From: Octopus sinensis
Lineage: Eukaryota
Length of the DNA stretch: 64,000 nucleotides
Assembly: GCF_006345805.1 (NCBI RefSeq)
Contig: NC_043009.1
Span: forward strand, 28,954,001 to 29,018,000
Reading direction: 5' to 3'
The position numbers were made by a program, and so were the translations under genes. Of the stretch, positions 11,134 to 25,102 are shown one piece after another; positions within the stretch are counted from its first letter, which is position 1, and every line of letters begins with the position of its first letter. The notes under the pieces are model-generated. The model was not told where the DNA came from, did no database searches, and was given only the letters and a program-made list of their open reading frames with translations.

Positions 11134-13032
11134 AGCAGATGAAATACCGCTAAGCATTTTTGCCTGGTGTGCTAATGATTCTGCCAGCTTGCTGTCCTCA
11201 ACTCCATAGAATATTGAATCCCTGATAACATTCATGTTTTCTTCACAGTTGTCATTGTCCATTCATTAGTACAATGTTTTGTTCACTCACTCCTCATGAA
11301 GTAAACATTCTGTTCAGATGAAGCAACTTTACCATTTGATTGAGTTACAACAAACTTTTAATTACACAAACTTTTAATTAACACTTTCTTCACCATATTT
11401 CTAATGAAATATATTGTTTACAGCTTTGAAATAATCTTGAAAATAAACAAGAATTTGGTTGTTTTCAGTAAAATAAATAATATTACTGTTACTAATATGC
11501 TGTTTAGAACATAACAAAACAAATCTGATAAACAATTTTGTTGGGAGGTTTTGGTTTAAATATAAACACTACTAGATATCAGGCACCTGAAGTTTGCTTT
11601 CCAGCCATGTGGCTTCAGGTTCAGTCCTACTGAACAGCACCTTGAGCATATGACTAAAGCCTTCTGAATAGATTTCATAAATGGAAACTGAGAGAAGCTT
11701 GTCTCATGATATATATGTATCTATATATATTTATCTTTGTATTTATGTATTATATGTGTGTGTGTGTGTGGTGTGTGAAAATACAGTGTGTGTCTGTGTG
11801 TTTACTTATATTTGCACTTCTTTGAAAAGTCACTCAATTACAGGCAGTGATATTCTTTTCTACTCTATGCATAAGGCCTGAAATTTGAGGGGCAGAGACC
11901 AGTTGATTAGATCGACCCCAGTACCCAACTAATACTTAATTTATCAACCCCGAAAGGATGAAAGGTAAAGTCGACCTTGGTGGAATTTGAAACTCAGAAT
12001 GAAAATACCACTAAGCATTTCATCTGGTGTGCTAACGTTTCTACCAGCTCACTGCCTGTAAAGGCAGTGATATTACTGACATTATTCTTGTCGACATGTT
12101 GCCTGCTGGCTTCAAAGACAAGGAGAATAGTTTACTTCTTATAAATATGGGTCAGTGACCGGAAGGGCTTCTGGAGGTAAAACATGCTTGCATGGAAAAA
12201 TGAACATAAAACCAAACGAATGAAAAGGGATTGAAATTCAAAGCTCTGGATTTTGTGTCATAGAAAAAGCTGGGGGCATGAAAAGAGTTAAGATAGTATA
12301 TTTAGCCAAGCATGGTTTTTGCTTGGCTTTGCTAAGCCTTTAAACTAGAATATTTGATTTAACAATCAAAGTGCTTGTCAACAATATTGATTTTTGTGTA
12401 AGGATGTTATAAACTTTAAGACATCCTGTATATAGAAAAGTGTATTTTTGTGCCAGAAATTGCGAGTGATTCATGGAGAAGTTTCTCAGAAGATAAATTT
12501 AATGAAAACTAAAATCTGAAGGATATGCAGAATGTCAGGTAGCTGCATTTGTATGTGAGTCAAAATTTTGTTAACAATAGCCAAAGTGATGAGAGATATT
12601 CTCCATTCTGTATCTGATACATGCACTCAAGAGAGCAGTAATGGTTATCTAGTATATTACCAGGAAATCCCAGATGCAAAGATTTTCAAATGGCTTGCAC
12701 ATTTTAGGAAATGCCAATTTGAAATGTGCACATATTGAAAATGATAACCTGTCAAATATAAGCTGGTAAAATATTCCACATCGTGAAGAAATTGGCAGAT
12801 TCTGTAAAGTATTAATTGTTATGAAGTCTATGACAGGCTCGCAGAATGGATAAGATTAATAATTTAAAATTTTTATCTAGCCTCTGGTTTTACGTGTTTC
12901 AGATTTATTGTTATTCTTTTTGTTGTAGTTACTGTTAATTATTTCACTGTAGTTTTAATTATTAAATCTCTAGGCATTTAATGAAAATAGGTTAATTAGT
13001 TTTGCTTTACAGTTTTTAGCTAAATTTTAATG

Positions 13033-13068
<36 letters not shown>

Positions 13069-14133
13069 CTATGTTGAAATAACACATAACTATATATACA
13101 CATACTCACATACATACATATATATATCTATATATATATATGATAGTATATATATATATACAATATATATATTATATATACATATATATATATATATATA
13201 ATATATATATATTCTATAATATATGTATATATATCTATAATATATACATATACATATATATATACTACACATATACATACATACGTATATACATACATGC
13301 ATATATATATATTATATATACACATATACATACCTATACACACAAACACACGTGCATATATCTGTGTGTGTGTTCATAAATGCATGCACATGTACATACA
13401 TACATATACTCGCTATCATGTAGCCTCCATGTTCAACACTGTCATGGGTTCGATGGATGTGTCAAAACACTGTACCATCCTCCAATGTCTGTTTTGGTAA
13501 AGTTTCTAAGGTTGAATGCCCTTCCTGCCACCAACCACACTCCATAATATGGACTAGGTGCTTTTTTCGGTGCCACCTGTACTATTGAGGTTGCCATACA
13601 GCTTGTGGAACTTCAAATGCTGGGGTGAGTGTCATCTTCATGCTAGGGAATGAGGGAATTGAACTATGAGAAATAGGTTGGTACTGCAGTTCTTGTAGAG
13701 GGTCTGCATGGCTACTTATATTTACTAGGAGAAGTGGCAAGAAAGTGAAAATGAACAGTAGGGGCTGCAAGAAATAGATGATGGTGGTAAGGTACCTGGG
13801 TGGGCCCATAAGGCATTGTGTGAGTTGAAGAAGCAGTTTTAAGATTCTATGGGAAGGAGAATGAGACTGCCAAAATGGGTAGGGTGAAGGGTGGATGAGC
13901 CAAGAACTTATAAATTTGGGGAGAAGGGAAACAGAGGGATGCAGAATAGAGATGGAGGGTGAGCAGCAGGAGTAAGAGTAGCTAAGATGATACAGTTGTC
14001 AAGGAAGGAGGACAAGAGAAAGGGATGACATGATTAAGTAGTCCGCAGGAGTCGGTAAGGGGAACAGAGATGATGCAGAACTAATGCATGGGAGGGGGGA
14101 TCACTGTAATGTAGGAGGAGAAGACAATAGATA

Positions 14134-14546
14134 GCACCTCCAGAACTCAATTTTGCTGACAAGGGCAGGTCTGTTCAAGAGGTTTTTGTATCACCAGAGA
14201 TCTTAGTCCTTTGTCATTTCCTCCATCAGGCTCAGGATCCTGAGGATGGCCTGAACCACTTCATTCTAAGTTTTCCTCTTCCACAAGTTCCATTTCCACA
14301 TTTAGTGATTGACACTTTATACAGTTGTCCTCATTCATACACATTACATGTCCATACCAGTGTTATCTTCGTTCTTGCACTCAATATCTGATTCGCTTTA
14401 TGCCCAGTTTTTCACCCAGCAACATTCTACTAACTCTTTCATTCACACACACATTTGGCACCCAACAACGAAACATGCTAGCTTCTTCTCTTTCCAATCT
14501 ATGCATATCCTCTGCAATCAATGCTTCATGCCCCAGTGGCAATTTC
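14134..14546 (-). mobile_element. RTE-clade LINE, degraded 3' coding fragment
   Basis: Minus translation with stops and frameshifts: ..LIAEDMHRLEREEASMFR..LGEKLGIKRIR..WYGHVMCMNEDNCIK..GRGK.., matching the RTE C-terminal LRWYGHV.R...GRGRP signature. Confidence 0.8.
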
Positions 14547-14549
14547 AAG

Positions 14550-14580
<31 letters not shown>

Positions 14581-15050
14581 TGTAAGGCAGTGATGTGGAA
14601 GAATTGTTAGTATGCTTAGTAGCATTTCATCCATCTTTCTGTTCTGAGTTCAAATACCACTGAGGTTGACTTCGCCTTTCATCTTTTCAGGGTTGATAAA
14701 GTAAGTACCAGTTGAGTACTGGGGTTCATGAAACCAACTTATCCCCTCCCCCAAAATTACTAGTGTTGTGCCAAAATTTGAAGACATTATTATTATTATT
14801 GTTGTTGTTGTTATTTTGTTTTTGGTTTGCTTTCCATTATATTTCATTCTCCTGGCTGGGTCTCAGAAAGAGACCAAAGGCATGTATAAGGTATATATTT
14901 GAGGGAGAGAAACTTCCTGAGAAAGTGAGCAGTTGATGAAAGCACAATTTTTTGAACTTCATAAATTGTTGGTTTCCCTGGGATCTGATTATTATTATTA
15001 TTATCATTATTATTATTATTATCATCATCATCATTATTATTATATTATTA

Positions 15051-15089
<39 letters not shown>

Positions 15090-16289
15090 GTTATTATTTC
15101 AGTAGAATTATTCTTTATTGCATGCATTTATTGTATGGCATTAAGTTCATAGCTCTTTTAAGATGTAATTCTATTTATCATAATTCTTTTTTCATATAGT
15201 TCATTTTTTTCTTTACATTGTCTTCATAAATGTTACCTATTGTCATTAATTAATTTCTTCACAAAATTAATATCTAACAGAAAGAAAAAAATTTCAGAAA
15301 ATTAGTTTCTGAATTAAAACTAAGAAAAAAATGTCTTAGTAATTTTTCTTTGTTCTTTAAAAATTTTTTTGGTGCTTTTTCTTCCAATCCTTGATGGCAA
15401 AAAAAAAATCATTTGTTTTGAATCCTAACTTTGATCTCTGAACCAAAGTTTTGCGATAATTATTAAAAGACTTAACCTTTTTGGGTAATTATTCTGACAA
15501 AGACATGATGCCAACTTGCTTTTAAACTTTTTAAAAGATTAATTTTATTAAAAAATTAATTTTAGTTTCGACACTCAAAACAATTTTACAGTTACCAAGA
15601 AAAATAAAAACTCATTGGAAAGAAACTACAGTTAACTTAAATTTATATGTCTTGCACTTAAAATGTCACTAAGTAATCTACAGCAGTGTTTGTTAAATGG
15701 GAGACACTTGGCCCCTCTTAGCATATAATTTCTGGTTCTAAGGCAGGAATATTTCACACTGAGGAACAATTGTGAAGAAGCTTTTATTTTTATCCCAAAT
15801 ATTTTAATCATTGATTTGAAGAGTATGTTTGATTTGGTGGTCATATATATATATGTATGTATGGATATATCACTTTTAAGTTTGTCACAACAGATTGCCT
15901 ATAGAGTTCAGGACCAGCATTGCAAGCTGTGACATTTTGTATATGACTTTGTCTATGTAAACAATGTGATCAAAAATGAAAAATAATAGGTAATGTGTAA
16001 GAGGTAACAAGTATATGCATATTTCAAGAGTTATTTCTCTTTCATCAGTGCCACATCCAACCCATCAACTATCTATGAACGCATCACTTAAGTATCCTAT
16101 ATGCTTAAGGTGTAACACAATTAGATAGACCAATTTACATATTAAAGACATTCTTGGTAACTAGTAACTACATATTAGTTGCTAGCAAGGACACAGTATT
16201 TCATTGAGTAGCCAAAATATTCTACCAAGTACATCAGCAATTTATATATATATATAAATATATATATATATGTATAAAGATCCCTTTCA

Positions 16290-16610
16290 ATCATGAATTA
16301 CCATAGGGTTGCACCTAGAAAATTCCCCACTGAGGCACAAGTAGGGCAAAGTTGTTTATTGAAGACCAGCAGTCACCTATGGATACCAGCCTCCCTACTC
16401 CATGCCACTGATGTTATCCAAGGGAAAAGCAAAATCCATTACAGATCGGTCCCAATGACATCGCAGCTCATTTCCACAGCTGAATGAACTTCAGAACATG
16501 AAAAATAGAGTCACCTTCTCAAGAACACAACACACTGCCCGGTCTGGAAAAGGAACCTACTACCTCATGATTGCAAGTGCAATGCTCTAACCACTGAGCC
16601 ATGCACCTTC
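16290..16610 (-). mobile_element. SINE family S4 with a tRNA-like head; other copies at 23200-23410(+) and 40900-41230(-)
   Basis: Shared core GAAATGAG(T/C)TGCGA..GGTGCCAAGCTGTAT..CTGCTGGTCTTC..ACAAC.TTGCCC..CTAGGTGCAA across three copies. Confidence 0.75.
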
Positions 16611-17045
16611 ATGTATATGTGTGATATTCAATGCAAAGAACTTAACATTTTTCCTTCCTTTCTCTTTTTTTTCCTGGATGATCTTGATAACACATGGAGT
16701 GAACAAATCGGACAACCCATGCAGAGATTTGTTTAAAGTGGAAATGGCTTGTGTGGGACCATTCACAGTTTTTGGTACTGTTGATGGCAACAGTTGGTGC
16801 AAGTTTGCCATGAGACTGATGAGCAGCAGACCTCAATTGGATGACAGTTGACTCACAGGAGTTCCTCCTCACTTCAACAATTTTTGTTTTCCATCTCACA
16901 GACTGCCCAATGATCACCAACTTCACTAAGCAAGCTTGGTGGGGGTTGCTGGTTTAGTCACAGATAACCAAACCACGTAACAAGTTGTACTGGGTTACAT
17001 GTTACCAGTAGCACATGAGACAAATCTGATATAATATATTAGGCA

Positions 17046-17083
<38 letters not shown>

Positions 17084-17594
17084 TTCATTGTTTCTTTATA
17101 TATATAAACAATGTACATAGAGAATATAACTAGTATTTTAGGTTTTATCTAATCTTTTCTACTATAAGCACAAGGTCTGAAATTTGAAGGAGAGACTAAT
17201 TGATAAAGATAAAAGGCAAAATCAGTTAGTTATATGATTCATTAGAATCTAGGCATAGCAACATGTAGAATGCCAGAAATGGCTAGGTAGAATGACATAG
17301 GTTTCACAGTGAGGTAAAACAACCATGTATGTATCATGTGCTGGTAGGCTATGTATATACATATAATATATACCAGCCTGGCCTGGCACATAAAAAGCAC
17401 CCACTACACTCACGGAGTGGTTGGCATCCTGCTGAAGAAACACTGCCAGATCAGACTGGTGCCTGGTGCAGCCTTCTGGCTTCCCAGATCCCGGTCGAAC
17501 CGTCCAACCCATGCTAGCATGGAGAACGGACGTTAAATGATGATGATGATAATGATGATGATACCCATGCTAGCATGGAAAGCAGACGTTAAAA

Positions 17595-17627
<33 letters not shown>

Positions 17628-18529
17628 ATATATATATATATATATATATATAATTGTGCTTCCATACAGTTTCTGTCTACCAAATTTTCCACATTAAGTA
17701 ATGGAAACACTAGCCTAAGATGCCACACAGTAGAAACCAAATTTCAAACCATTTGATTGAAAAGCAAATTTCACACAGACACACACAAACACACACACAC
17801 ACATGCACACATACACACACACACAGTACGCACACACACATGTATGCACACACACACACACACACACACAATCAAACAATTGAAACACATTCATACACAC
17901 AAACATATACACACACACATATACACACACACATACACACACACACATATATATGTACAATCAATAATTTTTTCTTTGATCTGGCTGTCTTAAAATCAGA
18001 TGTTTTTCCAGCTATGCTGAAATAAGGTAAAAAAGAACAAAACAATTTAAATTCATTTTTATTTCCCTAGATTTATAAACTAAAAAAAAGAAACTAAAGC
18101 AAATAATTTCATAGAATTCTCCATGGGGTATGTTTTGTTAAAATACAAAAATATTTTCTTATTAATTTCATACATTCATTCTTTTTTTAATCCAATGTTG
18201 GTTATTTGAAAATAAGGAAAAATATAGTTTGTGAAATAGTGAAGAAAATTTGGTAGAAAACGGTATCTATGTGTGGCGGAATCTAAAGTGGAACTTTGAA
18301 TAATTCTGTCTCAGAGAGTTCTGCCTTGTTGCTGCTTTCTATGTCGCAGTTAACTTGCTTGAGAATTAATGTTCAGGGTACACTTGTTGATGGAATACTC
18401 GGCCGGGCCGCTTGCATGGTAAATCAATGAGTATGGTTGTTCGGTTGACCGAGTAACTGGAAACCCAGGGTCAGAAATGCTGGGATCCAAATCCATATGC
18501 TGGAGTTCGTGTGTATTTCAAAATGGAAT

Positions 18530-19310
18530 AGAAGAAGAAGAAGAAGAAGAAGAAGAAGAAGAAGAAGAAGAAGAAGAAGAAGAGAAGAAGAAGAAGAGAA
18601 GAGAATGGAAGAAGAAAGAAGAAGAAGAAGAAGAAGAGAAGAGAAGAAGAAGAAGAAGGAGAAGAAGAAGAAGGAGAAGAAGAAGAAGAAAAGAAGAAGA
18701 AGAAGATGGAAGAAGAAGAAGAAGAAGAAGAAGAATGGAAGAAGAAAAGAAGAAAAGAAGAAGAGAAGAAGGGAGATGAGCAGAAGAAGAAGAGAAGAAG
18801 GAAAAAGATGGAAGAAGAAAGAAGAAGAAGAAGGAGAATGGAATCAGAAAAGAAGAAGAGAAGAGAGAAGAAGAAGAGAAGAAGAAGAAGAAGAAGAAGA
18901 AGAAGAGAAGAAGAAAGAAGAAGAGAAGAAGAAGAAGAGAAAAAGAGAATAAAGAAGAGAGAGAGAAGATGAAGAAGATGAGAAGAAGAAGAAGAGAAGA
19001 GAAGAAGAAAAGAAAAGAAGAAGAATGGAGAAGAAGAAAGAAGAAGAAGAAGAAAGGAGGAGAAGAAGGAAGAAGAGAAGAAGAGAAGAAGAAGAAGAAG
19101 AAGAAGAAAGGAGAAGAAGAAGAAGAAAAGAAGAAGAAGAAAGAAGAAAAAAGAGAAGAAGAAGAAGAAGAAAGGAGAAGAAGAAGAAGAAGAAGAGAAG
19201 AAAGAAGGAGGAGAAGAAGAAGAGGAAAGAAGAGATGGAAGAAGAAGAAGAAAGGAGAAGAAGAAGAAGAAGAAGAAGAAAGGAGAAGAAGAAGAAGGGA
19301 AAGAAGATGC
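18530..19310. repeat. Long imperfect (GAA)n polypurine tract
   Basis: Almost only G and A for ~780 bp; it generates the E/K/R-rich and S/F/L-rich false ORFs. Confidence 0.95.
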
Positions 19311-19678
19311 CAACAATCACAAAACCATGATGATGGTGTCAATGGTGATAATAAAAATGTTGATGATGATAATGACAGTGATGATGATGATGTCAATTGA
19401 AGTAATTGTGTTCATGGCAAGATTAGTACTGCTGATGAGGATAGTGATGATGATGAGATGCTTAAGCTAAAGATGATGATGATGATGATGATGATAATAA
19501 TAATGGTAATAATGACTATTATTACGATGATGATAATGAAGATGTGTAGGAGGATGTGGAGGGGGGGAGGGTGAAAGGCGATCGGTTCCACAAGACTTGT
19601 TAATTAGATTAAGCAGGTTCTACTTGACACCAATAACTGGATTTCAGTAATCGATATTCATGATTAAGGCTTTTCTGT

Positions 19679-19718
<40 letters not shown>

Positions 19719-19720
<2 letters not shown>

Positions 19721-20470
19721 TGTCGTGTATGTCAACAACAAAATGAAACCATTGATCATGCTGTCTCCAAGTGCAGTCTTCTTGCGCCTGCAGAGTATCT
19801 CAACAGGCATGATAGAGCTGCACAATGGGTAATTTGCAAAAGCCTGGACTTGCTCCATGATAAAAACTGGTGGGAACACAAACCACGTCCAGTGTTTGAA
19901 AATGACCACATCTCACTCCTCTGGAACTTCACCATTCAAACTGACAGAAAGATAGACGCGAATAGGCCAGGCATCATATTGAAAGACTTCAAACAAAGAA
20001 CATGCCTCCTCATTGATATGACTGTCCCAATCGATATAAACGTATCTGTCAAGACCTACCAAAAACTGAGCAAATATAAAGATCTTGAAATAGAAATCAG
20101 CAAAATGTGGAACCAGAAGACTAAAACAATACCTGTTGTCATAGGTGCTCTGGGAATGATAGCAAAAGGGGCTGATTGCTACCTAACTCAGATACCAGGA
20201 AACCCCCAAAATGGCAGAAATTCAAAAGATAGTGCTCATGGCAACTGCTTATATCCTACGCAAAACACTTTCTTTGTAATCTCAAGTTTTAAAACAAACA
20301 TAATTTTCGTATGGTTTTATAGGCATTCACTAGTACAACACTCAGTACAAAACCAAATATATGGCACCCTAGGTGTAATACCAACATGAACTTCCAACTT
20401 GTTGCCTCTTGAGGTCTCTGGTTGAGACTTGGAGCCAGCTTGTGCAAATGTAAAGCAAAAGTCAAAAATA
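19719..20470 (+). mobile_element. R4/Dong-like non-LTR retrotransposon, 5'-truncated: CCHC zinc knuckle, restriction-like endonuclease and 3' UTR
   Basis: In frame from 19718: TCRVCQQQNETIDHAVSKC..YLNRHD..LLWNFTIQTDRKIDANRPGIILKD..CLLIDMTVP..KLSKYKDL..KTIPVVIGALG. After a 1-nt frameshift: KMAEIQKIVLMATAYILRKTLSL, stop 20277-20279. Confidence 0.9.
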
Positions 20471-20727
<257 letters not shown>

Positions 20728-22125
20728 TCTACTATAGGCTCAGGGCCTGGAATTTGAGAGAAGGATCTAGTCGGTTGTATGGACACCAATACTTGACTGG
20801 TACTTTATTTTATTGGTCCCAAAAGGATAAACAGCAAACTCGATCTTGGTAGAATTTGAACTGCCAGAAATAGCAGCAAACTTCCCTCACCTCATACACC
20901 CTACCATCTTTGAATAAAGGGCACAATAAATATTTATGTTCTTAGAACCTCTGTATTTTGGAAACAAAGAATTATGGAATGGGCATGGCTGGCCGGAATG
21001 CCTTTCATCATAAGTTAGTTTGGTCTTGGCTGACCTGTTGCTAAGCAACAACAACAACAACAGCTGGAAGCAATTCTTAGTCTACTTTGTAAAACAGAAT
21101 CCCTTCAACAACAGGTAAGGTACACACTTTGTTTCCTAGCACCAAGCAGCATCTGTTTACTTGTTTACGACTCCATAAGTAGCCATCAATACAGTATACA
21201 ATGACCCATGCAATTAATACCCCGTTAACTCAATTATTATAATTAACGATTCACAACTAACATAGCACATCAAACAGACCATTATGGACATTCCTTCCTA
21301 ATAGCTGTTTAACATCTCTTGCAGAAGAAAACATCATTAACAGAACTTGTTCTCATCACAACACTTTCTGAAAGTCTTAAAATATACATTACTTTACTAA
21401 TTGCTGCTAGCAAGGAAATCTTTGGCAATTTCAGATTTACAGAACTGTCTACTTTTAGGTAGTGGCTATTCCAAAGAATATCAACGAGGTTACTTTGAGT
21501 TATCTGATCCCAGATTTTTGCTTCTCTGTGTTCACTTCTTTCTGAGAGCAACCTTGCTTTTTATTCTATTGAGTTCAACAAATAAATTCATAGGTCAGAG
21601 GGTGGGGGCATATTAATAGAATTGTTAGTGTTGTTGCCATATGCACACAAAAAAAGTATTCAATACACTCTGTAAAGTGGCTGGTATTAGGAAGGGCAGC
21701 CAGCCATAGAAGCCGTGCCAAAGGAAATGCTGGGTTTCCTGTAGTCTTCTGGCTCACTGGCAGCTGGCTGCTGATAAGTAATCCAGCCCTCGCCAGCTTG
21801 GAATGTGGATGTTAAATGATGGTGATGACAGTGATGATGATGATGAGACAGAGGAGGAGAAGGAGGAGGAGGATGTGGGGAGTGGGAAGATAGGAGGACA
21901 AGGGGAATGGGAAGAGGAGGAGGGGGAGGTTGTTCTGATACTCTGCATTCTAATTGCAACAACCAGCAGTATGTCTTCTGTAAATCCAAACCCAAGAGTG
22001 ACCAGCTGGCAGAGAATCCACCTGGGGTTAAATTAGTAGTGACGTTCAACTGCCACTTTGATGTGGCTACATACGCTACTACTCTATCTCTTCTTGAGAT
22101 CTTATAACTAGCCATATATGTGTGT

Positions 22126-22172
<47 letters not shown>

Positions 22173-23439
22173 GTGTGTGTGTGTGTGTGTGTGTGAGTAT
22201 GTGTGTGTGCGTGCAGATGGGCTTCTTTCAGTTTCTGCTTACCAAATCCACTCGCAAGGTTTTGGTTGGTCTGAAGCTATGGCAGAACACACATGCCCAA
22301 GGTGCCAAGCAGTAGGACCAAATCAAGAACCAAATGGTTGGGAAGCAAGCTGCTTAACTCACAGCCATGCTTGCACCTGCATCTGAAGAATTTTCTGACT
22401 CCAAACTCATAACGGTTATAATGATTGACAGTCCTCAATACGAAAATGTCTTCTTTTTTTTTTACATATAATAAGACAAAACAAAAAAAGAAATATATAC
22501 AACAGTAAAATTATGAATGAAAAAATATCACAGAGGACAAATAAAAATTTTTTTAAATAGTTGAAGAACGAAAAAATGCCAACAAAAATTAAACGAAGGG
22601 CACAAGGTGAAAAAGCTGTTTTCATATTTCATAATAAAATATATTTATAGCAGATATAAAACTATGATTTTTGAGTTGAGTAATAAAAGTTATTCTAAAT
22701 ATATAAATTTGTTAGCTAAAATATTAAATTAAGATCAAATACTAACTACAAATGAATATATTCAGAGGCAATGAAATATTATTGGAATGTTATTTAAATT
22801 AGTGTTCCTTTTATCATTTCCTGATTGCTACTTGAGAATATCATTATTCTTGCTAACCATCTATCAAGTGAGTCTCATAAATTCCATCTTGTCTTTTATG
22901 ATATATCAAGGCTTAGACTGAAACGATTCTGATGAAACCAAATTCAAATGAAACGATTTTCGAACCAATAAGTACCCTAATAAATACTAATAAAATGACA
23001 AATAATTACAAAAGTAAAAAGAAATCTATATACACATACTGTACATATAATTTTATATATAAATGAATAAATAAATATATATATATATATAATATATAGC
23101 TTGTCTCTTTCTGATTCTGTCACTTTCTCTCTCTCTTTATTTGTCTGTCTATGTGTGATGTGCATGTGTATATATGCACATTATATATACATATATATAC
23201 TCAGCTGTAGAAATGAGTTGCGACGTCACAGGTGCCAAGCTGTATCGGCCCTTGCCCTTCCCTTGGACAACATCGGTGACGTGGAGAGGGGAGGCCGGTA
23301 TGCATGGGCGACTGCTGGTCTTCCATAAAACAACCTTGCCCAGACTTGTGCCTCAGAGGGTAACTCTCTAGGTGCAAACCCATGGTCAGTGTCTGACCGA
23401 AGGGGGTCACCACCACCACCATATACATATACATGCAAA

Positions 23440-23700
23440 TCTCTTATATAAAATCCATTCTGTCTGTCTGTGTGTGTGTGTGGCTTCTAGGATCTCAGGC
23501 ATCCTCCATCTGGTTGCGCTCAAATTTGATATGTAGATACCGACGGTATCAGGGCGTGTATAGGTCTTGAAAAAAATTACAAAAATCGATTCCAGGTGAG
23601 AACGCGATCGATAAAGCCGTGGGAAATCGTTTTTCTTTGGAATAGAAAAAAAGTCTATCTTTATTTCTTCTTTTGCTGGTGTCTCAAATTTAGGTTAAAT
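23440..23700 (+). mobile_element. Helitron-like non-autonomous 5' end
   Basis: Begins A|TCTCTTATATAAAA..TCTGTCTGTCTGTG, typical of non-autonomous Helitron 5' termini. CpG-retaining body; no CTRR 3' end found. Confidence 0.45.
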
Positions 23701-23714
23701 CAGTGTTTCTCAAA
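23701..23714 (+). mobile_element. hAT-type terminal motif CAGTGTTTCTCAAA (identical copy at 39307-39320)
   Basis: 14-bp identity between the two sites; resembles hAT/Charlie TIR starts. No partner TIRs located. Confidence 0.35.
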
Positions 23715-23907
23715 GGGGAGGCCTATGGGACGGTCAGACAAGTTGTTTTGAGAAAATTTGGTTTAAATGTTTGACAACTCGGCACCATCCATTGGATGGG
23801 GGTGGGGGGTCATGTTGCTCATATATAGATATACGTATATCTGTGCAAAGCCTTGTGAGTGGATTTGGTTGATGGAAACTAAAAGAAGCCTGCTGCATAT
23901 AAATGTA

Positions 23908-23942
<35 letters not shown>

Positions 23943-25032
23943 TGCATCTATGTATGTATGTGTGTTTTTGTGTTTGTGAATGTCATTGCCTAATGGTTGA
24001 TGTTGGTTTGTTTCTGTAAGTTAGGAGTTTGGCAAAACAGACTGATAGAATAAGTGCCAGGCTTGAAGTACAAGCACGGAGATTGATTCATTGAAAAAGC
24101 AAAAACTTGTTTGGAGTTGTATGGCAGCATGGCTGCAGTCCAATGATTGAAACGAGTAAGAAGTAAGAGTATGTATGGTGTACATGTGTGCATGTGTGTA
24201 TGTGTGTGTGTGTGGTGTGCATGCATGCATGTGTGCATGTACATGTGTGTGTGTGTGGTGTGCATGCATGCATGTGTGCATGTACATGTGTGTGTGTGTG
24301 GTGTACGTGCATGTATGTGTGTGTGTGGTGCATGTGCGTGTGTGTGTGTGTGTGGTGTGCATGCATGCATGTGTGCATGTACATGTGTGTGTGTGTGAGT
24401 GTTCGTGTGTGTTTTAACATCTGTACTGCTAAAACCTGCTCTGCTCTGGCTCCTTTCATATTTTTATCCACCTTTTGCCCCATACCTCCTAGAATAGGGT
24501 AATTTCTTGGATTTCATAGTTTTGCAAACAGCATGATCGGCTCACTAGTGCAGGCAACATGAAGAAAAGCACCCAGTACATACTGTAAAGTGGTTGGTGT
24601 TAGGAAGGGCATCTGGCCATAGAAACCAAGCATCCAGCTTCAGAAGCCATGCCAAAGCAGACACTGGACCACAATGCAGTTGTTGCACCCATAAGATCTT
24701 ATCAACCTGTCCAACCCATGCTAGCATGTATTGTATTAACATAAAATGCTGCCAGGAAGTAGGATTGAACCAGAAAACTCATGATTGTGAAGTAGACCAT
24801 TCATCCATGTCTTTGGAAAATTTAGTCAAACCCTCAATAAAACGTTTTCACCTGCCACAGTCTCCTTTTTCTCCCCTCACCTTGTATAAAATAATTTATC
24901 ATCAATGTGATTTAAGTTGGTTTGAACAAAATTTAATTAAAATTTATTTCCTAAAAATAGAAATGTGTTGGAATCTTGGGAAGAAAAAGAGAAAAGTACT
25001 TGTCTTTGTTTTTTTTTTTGTTTTTTTTCAAG

Positions 25033-25061
25033 CTAAGTGAAAGAATTGCATTTCTGTTGGG
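25033..25061 (+). CDS. Candidate 29-nt micro-exon (LSERIAFLLG if phase 0)
   Basis: Long U-rich tract + CAAG acceptor, GGG|GTAAGT donor, G-runs about 40 nt downstream. Confidence 0.25.
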
Positions 25062-25102
25062 GTAAGTTGAAAGTATTCTTGAGAGTAAAAAAATAAAGGT
25101 CT

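Noticed and set aside
12990-13500. I/Y/H/T/C/V-rich ORFs here and at many other TA, CA, CAT and TAA tracts
   Set aside because: Simple-repeat artefacts.
16642-16926. Minus ORF beginning KLVIIGQSVRWKT, superficially like a small-GTPase P-loop
   Set aside because: Lacks GxxxxGK(S/T) and any later G motifs.
18471-19400. Long ORFs (up to 292 aa) rich in E/K/R or S/F/L, likewise 25656-26384 and 48565-49205
   Set aside because: They are translations of (GAA/GGA)n microsatellites, open in several frames on both strands.
22936-22965. CTGATGA..GAAAC motif; similar partial motifs near 47268 and 47358
   Set aside because: Stem I or stem II cannot be formed, or the GAAA core is lost; not counted as hammerheads.
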